Positions 47,641-56,356 of a DNA stretch of 64,000 nucleotides are shown here, piece by piece. The stretch lies in NCBI GenBank assembly GCA_944376845.1, contig CALWDZ010000001.1:66863-130862 (forward strand), written 5' to 3'. The stretch's first letter is position 1. Each line of letters opens with the position of its first letter. Made by a program: the position numbers and the translations under genes. This DNA comes from an uncultured Clostridia bacterium (lineage in GTDB: Bacteria > Bacillota > Clostridia > Christensenellales > UBA1242). Below the pieces are notes generated by a model. That model was not told the DNA's origin and searched no databases. It was given only the letters and a program-made list of their open reading frames with translations.

Positions 47641-47864
47641 TATCTTTCATCCTCCTTATCATAACCATATGTTTCAAAAAATTCATCCTTCGACATCCCA
47701 GTATCTATAACATCTAGTCCATCCTTACTTTCAATTGTAACAGTATCTCCATTGTAAATATCATACTTTCCGCCATCACTAACATATTCATCTTTGACTT
47801 CTTCCGCATCAATACCATTATCTTCTAGATACTTTTCACTAAATTTTTTATTGTTTGGTCCCAT
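47640..47864 (-). CDS. Small acidic hypothetical protein (74 aa); possible remnant of a polymorphic-toxin C-terminal tail
   Basis: Its stop overlaps the downstream start (ATGA). KKFSEKYLEDNGIDAEEVKDEYVSDGGKYDIYNGDTVTIESKDG resembles the K-x-x-G-I-D-A-x-x-x-K-x-E...YD-I-Y...G tail I recall at the ends of some Firmicutes toxin proteins. Confidence 0.3.
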   Translation of the reverse strand: MGPNNKKFSEKYLEDNGIDAEEVKDEYVSDGGKYDIYNGDTVTIESKDGLDVIDTGMSKDEFFETYGYDKEDER

Positions 47865-47954
47865 AATATCACCTCAAATTTATTAGAAATATAATAACAT
47901 ATTTTATTGAATTACTCAATGAATATTGAGAGCCACTATGGAAAAAACAAAAGT

Positions 47955-48899
47955 TTATAGTATTGAATCTCCAAAAAATTTTGTAATTTTGTCAAATGGT
48001 ATTCTATCAACTCTATCATAAAGGTCAATATGTTCAGCGTCTTTTACTACATATAATTGTTTCGGCATTTTTGCTTTTGCGTATGCCTCTTCACTGAAAA
48101 ACCTTGAATGTGCTCTATCTCCAACAATAAAAAGTATTGGTCTTGGCGAAATTTCGTGAATGTAGTCAAGTAATCTAAAATTCATCATAGCCATATTACT
48201 TGTAGTTGTAAACCCACCCCTAGCCGCCGGATGATGTCCACGCCTGAGTGCATAAAATCTAAACCATTCTGCGTCTGGCTCTTTTAAATCTTTGGGCACT
48301 TCATCTATAGGCTGCTCTGGAAATGATGGAATATATTCAGGATAACCATTTTCAGCATCTATCCAGCGCTGATTACTTAAGTTTTCCTTTGTTTTTTGTA
48401 TTGTGCTTTCGTCCATACCAAGTCTTGATGCAACTGACATATCATACATGCTTGCAGTAACAACTGCTTTTATTCTTGTATCAACTTGTGCGGCAGATAA
48501 TGCAAACCCGCCAGAGCCACAAATGCCAATTACACCTATCTTTTCCCTATCTACAAAATCTAAAAGTCCCAAAAAGTCTACACCTGCACTAAAATTTTCT
48601 ACAAAAATATCTGGTGAAGAAACATGCCTTGGTTCTCCAGAAGAATCACCCATAAAACTTTGGTCAAAACATAGGACAACATATCCACGCTGACTAAGTT
48701 CATTTGCGTATACACAAGGGCCTTGCTCTTTAACTCCACCATAAGGTGCTCCTACAATTATCGCTGGATATTTTTTGCTTTTATCTAAATTTTTTGCTGT
48801 GTATAGGTCCCCTGCAACAACCATACCATATCTATTTGGGTACCTTACATGTTTTCTTTCAACATCTTTGTTTAATGGTGTAATATAATTTCCTATCAT
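47955..48899 (-). CDS. Alpha/beta hydrolase (dienelactone-hydrolase-like)
   Basis: Nucleophile elbow IGVIGICGSGGFA and the typical length. It lies downstream of a MerR regulator. Confidence 0.7.
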   Translation of the reverse strand: MIGNYITPLNKDVERKHVRYPNRYGMVVAGDLYTAKNLDKSKKYPAIIVGAPYGGVKEQGPCVYANELSQRGYVVLCFDQSFMGDSSGEPRHVSSPDIFVENFSAGVDFLGLLDFVDREKIGVIGICGSGGFALSAAQVDTRIKAVVTASMYDMSVASRLGMDESTIQKTKENLSNQRWIDAENGYPEYIPSFPEQPIDEVPKDLKEPDAEWFRFYALRRGHHPAARGGFTTTSNMAMMNFRLLDYIHEISPRPILFIVGDRAHSRFFSEEAYAKAKMPKQLYVVKDAEHIDLYDRVDRIPFDKITKFFGDSIL

Positions 48900-48901
48900 T
48901 A

Positions 48902-49297
48902 TTATTCTCCTTTTAACAATTGTTTTTCTTTTTTAACAATTTCGTCATAATATACATCTATTTTATAATTTAATTTTTCAAGTGCTATATTCATATCGTT
49001 TATCTTTTGCTTTAATATTTCTCTTTGGTCAATGAGTAATTGCTTACGCATAGCCGCAGTTTCTTCACCTTTATCAAATAACTGTAGGTACTGTGCAAGC
49101 ACTTCCACCGAAAGCCCAGCACTACGCATACAAACCACAAATTCGATATTATCTAACTCCTTTTGCCCATATTGCCTTATCCCATTTTTTCTTGTGACTG
49201 GACGAATTATGCCTACCTTTTCGTAATATCTTAATGTATCCTGAGATATACCATATTTTTCACTGACTTGTTTTATAGTCATAATTTTCTCCTTCAA
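48902..49297 (-). CDS. MerR-family transcriptional regulator
   Basis: MTIKQVSEKYGISQDTLRYYEKVGIIRPV is the MerR HTH. A coiled-coil C-terminus follows. Confidence 0.9.
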   Translation of the reverse strand: MKEKIMTIKQVSEKYGISQDTLRYYEKVGIIRPVTRKNGIRQYGQKELDNIEFVVCMRSAGLSVEVLAQYLQLFDKGEETAAMRKQLLIDQREILKQKINDMNIALEKLNYKIDVYYDEIVKKEKQLLKGE

Positions 49298-49357
49298 CTT
49301 TAACTAATTTCTAGTGATAGAATGACAATTACATCACCCTTGCCTAGAATCGATTTT

Positions 49358-49774
49358 TTAACCACCCAATTTATCATAATCTTCATCACTTACTTCTTCT
49401 AACCATTCATTGCTAGCATCTTGTGCTGGAATTTCAATGGAAATATGTGTAAACCATCCATCTTTCCCCGCACCATGCCAATGCTTAACTTCTGGAGCAA
49501 TGTACACAACATCACTTGGCATAAGTTTTTGCGCAGGATTACCCCACTCTTGATACCAGCCCTGCCCGTCTGTGCAAAGTAGTATTTGTCCACCTTTGTG
49601 GTGAATGTGCCAATTATTTCTACACTTTGGCTCAAATGTTACATTTGCAACATTGACACCTTTTGTGTTTAGCATTTTAAGGAAACTTTTGCCTTTAAAA
49701 TATTTCGCAAAATTGACATTTGGTTCACTAAGTCCAAAAAGTGAGTCACTGCACATCATCATTAAGCTGGGCAA
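49358..49774 (-). CDS. Cupin-domain protein
   Basis: NVTFEPKCRNNWHIHHKGGQILLCTDGQGWYQEWGNPAQKLMPSDVVYIAPEVKHWHGA carries the two cupin motifs. Confidence 0.8.
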   Translation of the reverse strand: MPSLMMMCSDSLFGLSEPNVNFAKYFKGKSFLKMLNTKGVNVANVTFEPKCRNNWHIHHKGGQILLCTDGQGWYQEWGNPAQKLMPSDVVYIAPEVKHWHGAGKDGWFTHISIEIPAQDASNEWLEEVSDEDYDKLGG

Positions 49775-49826
49775 ACTTTGGTGCCAAAGTGCCTAAATTA
49801 TCTCTTCCCGCCGTCTGTTTTTTCAT
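49746..49826 (-). pseudogene. 26-codon remnant of a carboxymuconolactone decarboxylase (CMD)-family gene
   Basis: AGGAG is followed after 9 nt by ATG (49826). The remnant reads MKKQTAGRDNLGTLAPKFAQLNDDVQ*. The N-terminus is typical of the CMD proteins that usually precede or fuse to such cupins. The body of the gene is deleted. Confidence 0.5.
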
Positions 49827-49928
49827 AATTTTAAATCTCCTTTTTTATTGACCTATAAAAATAATAGGACTTGGAGTTAACTCCAAGTCAAGCAAATTTA
49901 TATATTTTTATAAAAAAATTAAATTATC

Positions 49929-50420
49929 TTAGATACTATCTTTTGCGTATAGGTTTATCAATTGTTTTATTTTATTAAAAGATTTTTCATCAAAAACATA
50001 TTCTTTTCTTGGCTTAACAAAGTTTTTTGAACCCCGCTCTTCATCTTTATATCTTGGAATAAGTTGCACATGATAATGGTTCATTGGTCCATCACTCATT
50101 GTGCAAAGATACACACGCTCGCAACCATAAACCTGTTTTAATATTTTCATAAACTGCTTTGCAAACCTTATTATCTTGGAATTTAATTCATCTGGTGCTT
50201 CACTCATATCGTGATAATGTGTTTGAGTGGAAATCATCATATGCCCTTTGGCACGAGGATTGGCCACAAAAAAGACTTCAATATCTTTATCTTCATAAAG
50301 TTTTAATTTTGAATCATCACCAAATACTGCACCATTATATTTTCTGTTTAGACATGTTGGACAAACACCTAAATCTGTCAATTCCTTTGCGGAAAGTTTT
50401 ATTAATTCTTTTTCTTCCAT
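49929..50420 (-). CDS. HIT-family hydrolase
   Basis: Histidine triad NHYHVQLIPR, with an N-terminal CPTC zinc-binding-like motif. Confidence 0.8.
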   Translation of the reverse strand: MEEKELIKLSAKELTDLGVCPTCLNRKYNGAVFGDDSKLKLYEDKDIEVFFVANPRAKGHMMISTQTHYHDMSEAPDELNSKIIRFAKQFMKILKQVYGCERVYLCTMSDGPMNHYHVQLIPRYKDEERGSKNFVKPRKEYVFDEKSFNKIKQLINLYAKDSI

Positions 50421-50423
50421 AAA

Positions 50424-50702
50424 TTATACCTTTGTAGTTTTTTTGTGGTCTAATTTTGCTCCACAACTTGAACATACTTTATTTTGTTTGTCATTTGGCA
50501 TATCACAATATTCACAAATTATAAATTGGTCACTATCGTCTTTTTTATTGTGCAAGGCAGTATTTTGCATATCTTGTAATTTTTTTGTATGTTTAAAACT
50601 TTTTATAATATTTTTTAAAATAAATACTGCTACCAAAATAAAAATAATCCAAAATATTATCATGGGCAACATCATTAGAAATGGCAATGCTTTTACCTCC
50701 AA
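50424..50702 (-). CDS. Small membrane protein with a C-terminal zinc ribbon
   Basis: TM segment LPFLMMLPMIIFWIIFILVAVFIL, and CEYC...CSSCG. Confidence 0.55.
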   Translation of the reverse strand: MEVKALPFLMMLPMIIFWIIFILVAVFILKNIIKSFKHTKKLQDMQNTALHNKKDDSDQFIICEYCDMPNDKQNKVCSSCGAKLDHKKTTKV

Positions 50703-50813
50703 TTAAAGTTATATTATCATAAATACTATAAAGTGTCAATTTTATGCTTTATATCAATATATTTGACTACTCTTAATTTAATTTTATATAATTAAAAAAA
50801 AGAGAGGAAAAAT

Positions 50814-51914
50814 ATGGATTATTTAATAGTTGGTGCAGGGCTTTTTGGTGCAGTATGCGCAAGAGAGTTGACTGTTGCTGGTAAAAAATGTGTGGTCATA
50901 GACAAAAGACCACATATTGCTGGCAATTGTTACACAGAACAAATAGAAGGAATAAATGTGCATAAATATGGTGCACATATATTTCATACATCGGACAAAG
51001 AAATTTGGGAATATGTTAATAACTTTGCTGAATTTAACAACTACATAAACTCACCTATTGCAAGATATAAAAATGAATTATACAATATGCCATTTAATAT
51101 GAATACTTTCACAAAACTGTGGAGTGATGTCTTTACACCAGAAGATGCAAAAAGAAAAATTGAAAGCGAGAAAAAAGCATACTTTACAGAACATCCGCAA
51201 AACCTTGAACAACAAGCAATAAATTTGGTTGGCAAAACCATATTTGAAAAACTTGTAAAAGGTTATACTGAAAAACAATGGGGTAAAAAATGTAGCGAAC
51301 TTCCTAGTTTTATAATAAAAAGATTGCCAGTTAGATTTACTTTTGATAATAATTACTTTAATGATAGATTTCAAGGTATCCCAATTGGCGGATATACAAA
51401 ATTGGTTGAAAATATGCTTAAAGGAATAGAGGTTAGACTTAATGAAGATTTTAATAAAAACAAAGATCAATATTTAAAAGATGCTAAAAAAATAATATAT
51501 ACTGGTGCAATTGATGAGTATTTTGATTATTGCTATGGTGCACTTGAGTACAGAAGTGTAAGGTTTGAAACAAAAGTTTTTGACACAGACAACTACCAAG
51601 GCAATGCTGTAATAAATTACACTGACTCCAGCATTCCATACACTCGTGTAATTGAACATAAGCATTTTGAATTTGGAAAACAAGAAAAAACAGTGGTAAG
51701 CTGGGAATACTCTTCAAAATGGCAAAAAGGCGATGAGCCCTACTACCCTATAAATGATGAAAGGAACAACGAACTATACAATAAATATAAATCTCTAGCC
51801 GACAGCCAAGACAAAGTTTTATTTGGTGGTAGACTGGGAAATTATAAATACTATGACATGCACAATGTCATACGCGAGGCACTGAATTTGGTAAACAAAG
51901 AATTACAAAAATAA
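50814..51914 (+). CDS. glf: UDP-galactopyranose mutase
   Basis: MDYLIVGAGLFGAVCA (FAD GxGxxG motif), HIAGNCYT, NVHKYGAHIFHT, and ...EPYYPINDERNNELYNKY...FGGRLGNYKYYDMH are all classic Glf signatures. Confidence 0.92.
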   Translation: MDYLIVGAGLFGAVCARELTVAGKKCVVIDKRPHIAGNCYTEQIEGINVHKYGAHIFHTSDKEIWEYVNNFAEFNNYINSPIARYKNELYNMPFNMNTFTKLWSDVFTPEDAKRKIESEKKAYFTEHPQNLEQQAINLVGKTIFEKLVKGYTEKQWGKKCSELPSFIIKRLPVRFTFDNNYFNDRFQGIPIGGYTKLVENMLKGIEVRLNEDFNKNKDQYLKDAKKIIYTGAIDEYFDYCYGALEYRSVRFETKVFDTDNYQGNAVINYTDSSIPYTRVIEHKHFEFGKQEKTVVSWEYSSKWQKGDEPYYPINDERNNELYNKYKSLADSQDKVLFGGRLGNYKYYDMHNVIREALNLVNKELQK

Positions 51915-51930
51915 TATACTTGAGGAATTT

Positions 51931-53550
51931 ATGAAAGGAACAAATATGCACTTAACACTTGGGACAGAAGTAATTTATGACGATGCTTCTTTTCAAACCG
52001 CTCCCCTTGACAAAATTGGAGTTGTTGGTGTTAACGGCGCTGGAAAGACAACACTTTTTAAAGTTATTTTGGGCGAACAGGAACTTGATAGTGGACTACT
52101 ACAAACTGGCAAGGCAAGAATTGGTTTTTTGCCACAAGAAATAAAATTTAAAAATCCAAATTTGACTGTTTGGGAATATTTATTAACATCACGACCTATT
52201 GAAGAAATAAACAAAAAACTTGAAGATATATACGCCAAACTTGCGACATCAAATGAACAAGAAACAATAGCACTTTTAAGAGAAGTTGATGATTTGCAAG
52301 AAACTTTAAATATGCTCGATTGTTATAATGCTGAAAACACGCTACTAGAAATAGTTACCGACATGCAATTTGATGATGAACTTTTAAATACAAAACTTGA
52401 GGCACTTTCTGGTGGTCAAAAGTCTAAAGTCGCTTTTGCAAGCGTTCTTTATAGTAGCCCCAACATTTTGTTATTAGATGAACCTACAAATCACTTGGAT
52501 GCAAGTACAAAACAATATGTCATAAACTATTTAAAAAATTATAAAGGTTCCATGTTAATTATAAGTCATGACACAGATTTTTTAAATATGATAGTAAATA
52601 AAATTATGTTTATAGATAAGACAAAGCATAAAATTAAAATTTACAATGGAGATTACACATACTTTAAAAAACAACTTCTTGAAGAACGAAAACTTAAAGA
52701 AGCACGAATAAAAGAACAAGAAAATGAAATAAAAAAACTAGAAGAAATAGTAAAGCGAGCAAGGCAAGCCAGCCAAACCAACCATAATTTAAAAAGGCTT
52801 GGAAAAGATAGAGAGATAAAACTTGAAAAGAAAAAGGCAGAACTTGAAACGAGAGATAAAATCTACAAAAGAGTAAAGATGAACATAGAGCCTAAAAATA
52901 CAGGAGCAAAAGTTCCCCTTTCTGTTGATAATTTGACTTTCCACTATGAAAATAAGCAACTATTGTATGAAAATTTATCTTTTTGTATTACAAGCGGCGA
53001 AAAGTTTTTAATAGTTGGTGAAAACGGCGTTGGGAAATCTACACTTTTAAAACTAATTATGGGTAAATTAAAACCAGATAGTGGCACAATTTCTTTTAAT
53101 GCAAAAACCGATGCCGCATACTACGCACAAGAACTTGAAATTTTGGACGAAGAAAAAACAATATTTGAGAATGTCCAAAATCAGCACTACACGGACTTAC
53201 AGTTACGCACGGCACTTAGTAATTTTTTGTTTTTTGGACAACAGGTATTTAAAAAAGTCAAACTTTTATCTCCTGGCGAAAAAGCACGAGTGGCGCTTTG
53301 CAAAATTTTATTAAAAAAAGCAAATTTACTTGTTTTGGACGAGCCTACTAACCACCTAGACCCAGATACACAAGCCGTTATTGGTGAAAATTTTGGTGAC
53401 TATACTGGCACAATCTTGCTTGTAAGCCACAACCCAAGTTTTGTGGAGCAAATCGGCATAACAAGAATGCTACTCTTGCCAGAAGGTAAAATAATTGATT
53501 ATTCTAGAGAAATACTGGAATATTATTATTTAGTAAATTCATTACAATAA
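51931..53550 (+). CDS. ABC-F family ATPase (two ABC cassettes, no TM domain)
   Basis: GVNGAGKTTLF / LSGGQKSKVAFA / LLLDEPTNHLD, and GENGVGKSTLLK / LSPGEKARVALC / LVLDEPTNHLD. The cassettes are joined by a ~70-aa Lys/Glu-rich linker. Confidence 0.9.
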   Translation: MKGTNMHLTLGTEVIYDDASFQTAPLDKIGVVGVNGAGKTTLFKVILGEQELDSGLLQTGKARIGFLPQEIKFKNPNLTVWEYLLTSRPIEEINKKLEDIYAKLATSNEQETIALLREVDDLQETLNMLDCYNAENTLLEIVTDMQFDDELLNTKLEALSGGQKSKVAFASVLYSSPNILLLDEPTNHLDASTKQYVINYLKNYKGSMLIISHDTDFLNMIVNKIMFIDKTKHKIKIYNGDYTYFKKQLLEERKLKEARIKEQENEIKKLEEIVKRARQASQTNHNLKRLGKDREIKLEKKKAELETRDKIYKRVKMNIEPKNTGAKVPLSVDNLTFHYENKQLLYENLSFCITSGEKFLIVGENGVGKSTLLKLIMGKLKPDSGTISFNAKTDAAYYAQELEILDEEKTIFENVQNQHYTDLQLRTALSNFLFFGQQVFKKVKLLSPGEKARVALCKILLKKANLLVLDEPTNHLDPDTQAVIGENFGDYTGTILLVSHNPSFVEQIGITRMLLLPEGKIIDYSREILEYYYLVNSLQ

Positions 53551-53580
53551 AAAAATGTCAATATTTGACATTTCAGAGTG

Positions 53581-53742
53581 TAGACAAATAAACCAGATTG
53601 CCGAAAAACAAGTGAGGCGAGGCTCGCAAAATGCACAAAAGCAGGAGTTTAGTGACCTAAATGACTGTTTTTGTGCGTTTTGCAGTAAACGAAGCAAGAA
53701 AAAATTTTCAATTTTTTCGGTCACGCAGTTTTTCGACAGTCT
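53581..53742 (+). repeat. Family-B ~161-nt structured interspersed element, copy 2
   Basis: See 47046-47206. It is flanked by two copies of an ATGTCAA-loop-TTGACAT hairpin (53555-53571 and 53746-53763). Confidence 0.9.
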
Positions 53743-53768
53743 GAAATGTCAATTTTTTGACATTTTTT

Positions 53769-55004
53769 TTACTCTATAAACTCTGTATATCCAAATTTTT
53801 TAAGCGTTTCTTTTTGGAATTTTGTATTGTTACTTTTGTTTACAACCGTTACTATTTTTCCTTCTTTTCTTTGCTGGTTTGCCTTTTTCAAAATTTCAAG
53901 TTTATCGGCATTGCTACAATTTTTTGGCACTAGATATGCTATGTTCCCATCGTTTTGTATATCTATTAGATTGTTTTCACTTATAACAGATAATATCCTT
54001 TCAAGACCGATAGAAAAACCACAAGCACAGACATTTTTTGAAATGTATTTACCTATCATATTGTCATATCTTCCACCGCCAGCAACAGAGAGATTATAGC
54101 CTTCTAGTTCTATTTCAAAAATTGGTCCTGTGTAATATGACATACCGCGAACAAGAGTTGCATCAAAAACAATTTTACATGTTTTTTCATCTACAAGTTG
54201 TCTTGTCGATGATATTATTTCATTCAAGTTATCTATGACATTTTCGCCAATAAAACCTTTTAAACTATTGGCTAATTGTTGGTCACAAAGTGTATTTTCT
54301 TTTTCGCCGTCAAAATATTTGCAATATTTTTCAACATCATAATTATTTAAGCCCAACTCCACAAGTGCATTTTTTACGCCGTCAAGTCCAATTTTATCCA
54401 TTTTGTCCAAAGTTATATAAATCATATCAAGCATTTCTTCTGGAAAATTGCAACTTTTTGCCATGGCTTTTAGAATTGCCCTATCATTTATTCTAACTTT
54501 AATATTTTTAATATTCAATACACTTAGCATATTTACAGTTGCAGAAATAAGTTCAATTTCTGCAAGGTTAGTTTCATCTGCCAAGATATCGATATCACAT
54601 TGAGTGAACTGTCTAAATCTACCCTTTTGAGGTCTATCTGCTCTAAAAGACTCTCCAATTTGAAGTGCTTTAAAAGGCACAGGAAGTGAGTCCATATTGT
54701 TTGCATAAAACCTTGCAAGAGGAAGAGTTAAGTCATATCTAAGCCCAGAGTCACACATATCATTTATATCAGTGGCTTCTTTTAATTTTTCACCACGCTT
54801 TAAGATTTTGAATATAAGTTGTTCATTCTCCCCACCCATTTTCCCGGTAAGATTTTCAATATGCTCAATAAGTGGTGTTTCAATTAACATAAAGCCAAAC
54901 GTTTTGTATGTATCTTTAATTTTTCTAATAACATACTCTCTAAGTATCATTTGGTTTGGCGACTTTTCTGGCATACCTTTAACTGGTGTTTTAATAAAAT
55001 TCAT
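53769..55004 (-). CDS. hisS: Histidine--tRNA ligase
   Basis: LRYDLTLPLARFYA, motif 2 FRADRPQKGRFRQFTQCDIDI, motif 3 AGGGRYDNM, and a C-terminal anticodon-binding-type domain. Confidence 0.9.
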   Translation of the reverse strand: MNFIKTPVKGMPEKSPNQMILREYVIRKIKDTYKTFGFMLIETPLIEHIENLTGKMGGENEQLIFKILKRGEKLKEATDINDMCDSGLRYDLTLPLARFYANNMDSLPVPFKALQIGESFRADRPQKGRFRQFTQCDIDILADETNLAEIELISATVNMLSVLNIKNIKVRINDRAILKAMAKSCNFPEEMLDMIYITLDKMDKIGLDGVKNALVELGLNNYDVEKYCKYFDGEKENTLCDQQLANSLKGFIGENVIDNLNEIISSTRQLVDEKTCKIVFDATLVRGMSYYTGPIFEIELEGYNLSVAGGGRYDNMIGKYISKNVCACGFSIGLERILSVISENNLIDIQNDGNIAYLVPKNCSNADKLEILKKANQQRKEGKIVTVVNKSNNTKFQKETLKKFGYTEFIE

Positions 55005-55045
55005 TTTTACTCCTCGTGCTTTTTAGCATAAAATTTCCAAGTGTC

Positions 55046-55074
55046 ATTCTAGCAAAATGCTTGCATATTGTCAA
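55046..55074 (-). promoter_or_regulatory. Near-consensus sigma-A promoter of hisS
   Basis: Minus strand: TTGACA (55074-55069), a 17-nt spacer, then TAGAAT (55051-55046). A GAGGAG RBS follows. Confidence 0.7.
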
Positions 55075-55077
55075 ATC

Positions 55078-55620
55078 TTATAGTGACTTAATAGTTTTAA
55101 GCATATCCTTATATGACAAGGCATTTTGCATTTTGTCACCTACTAAGTAGCATTTTATTCCTATGCTTGTTGCTGGTTGTATATCTTCTTCTTGGCTGTT
55201 GCCAAACAAAACAACCTCATCGGGTTTTAAATTATTTATTTTTAATATTTCTTCAAAATACTTTGGATTTGGCTTGGAGTAATGCGAATTTTTCATTTTT
55301 TTCTCAAAATATCTATTATTTATTATAAAAGAAATTTGCAGTCATATCCAAATAATTTAAGCCACTATAATTTGAAAATTTTTGCATAACATTTTTCTTA
55401 AAAGTGTCTGAATCTTTGCTTTGTTTATAAATTTCTTTTGATGACTTTAAATATTCAATTTTTGTTTCAACATCATTTATGTCTTCTGGAGTATAATGCG
55501 ATGTAAGTATTAAATTATATTTGTTTGCAATATACCCTTCAAGTGTAGATATAAGTATCGGTGAAAGAATGAGGCCAATAATTGATAGCCTTGCAGAGTT
55601 TGGAAAACTTTACAAGCAAA
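55078..55620 (-). pseudogene. Decayed HAD-superfamily hydrolase gene (fragments in more than one frame)
   Basis: The 3' fragment 55078-55296 reads ...SKPNPKYFEEILKINNLKPDEVVLFGNSQEEDIQPATSIGIKCYLV (HAD motifs III/IV region). The upstream frame ...LDMTANFFYNK is closed by tandem stops. No DxDxT N-terminus was found. Confidence 0.5.
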
Positions 55621-55639
55621 GTTATAAAAAAATGCCCGA

Positions 55640-56317
55640 CTAACGAGCATCTTTTATTACATTTGAATGTAAAAATATTGAAAATGCAAGCATAAATTCC
55701 GCAGGATAATATAGCACCAAACATATTATTCCAACAACTGGCAAATGTGCAAACACATTGAGTAGTAGCATAAGGTCACTTAAAAAGAAACAAATACTAC
55801 CTAAAAGAATTATCAAAGTTAACATACTTTTTTGTGCAATAAAAAGTGAAATAGATTTACCAACCATAAGCGAAATTATGAGTGCATAAACAACACATAC
55901 TATTTCCATAACAATTCCATCATACTCAAAAATTGGTGCAAGCGTCATAAATAACACTGACGGAATAAAGATTATAATGCCATACAATAAATCTTTTAAT
56001 GTAAATTTTGAAAGTGCACAATATGAAATGAAGAAAAATATATGCCCAACAGCAAATAAAATTGCACCAACAATAAAATTTATTTCAAGTAAAATATCTC
56101 CAAGCATTGCAAATATAAGACCAAAAAGCATAAGTATTGGAAATTTGATGCTTGCTTTGCATTTCAGTGCAAAAATAAAATTTATAATACCAATAATCAC
56201 AAAAATAGCACTAGCCAATGACTTTATAAGAAGTGTACCAACCACAATGTAGGCAACATCCAAAGCGATTAGTGCTAAAAGAAGTATAAAATTTAATATT
56301 AAAATTGTTTTTTTCAT
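55640..56317 (-). CDS. YhhN-family (lysoplasmalogenase-like) membrane protein
   Basis: Polytopic, with FAMLGDILL and AILFAVGHIFFFISY (the GD and GH..Y signature). Confidence 0.7.
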   Translation of the reverse strand: MKKTILILNFILLLALIALDVAYIVVGTLLIKSLASAIFVIIGIINFIFALKCKASIKFPILMLFGLIFAMLGDILLEINFIVGAILFAVGHIFFFISYCALSKFTLKDLLYGIIIFIPSVLFMTLAPIFEYDGIVMEIVCVVYALIISLMVGKSISLFIAQKSMLTLIILLGSICFFLSDLMLLLNVFAHLPVVGIICLVLYYPAEFMLAFSIFLHSNVIKDAR

Positions 56318-56356
56318 ATTTTTTATCCTTTTATGTAATTTAGTGTAGAGCGTTCT

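Noticed and set aside
53542-53779. 74-aa plus-strand and 60-aa minus-strand ORFs over the family-B element
   Set aside because: Both strands give the same pseudo-peptide (NAQKQ.F..LN.CFCAFC) because the DNA is palindromic. The identical sequence at 47046-47206 is not in a conserved ORF context. This is non-coding repeat sequence.
55005-55077. T-box leaders upstream of hisS, and upstream of valS at 37127-37242
   Set aside because: The intergenic regions are only ~70 and ~116 nt. The hisS region is fully accounted for by a consensus promoter plus RBS, leaving no room for Stem I, a specifier or a T-box.
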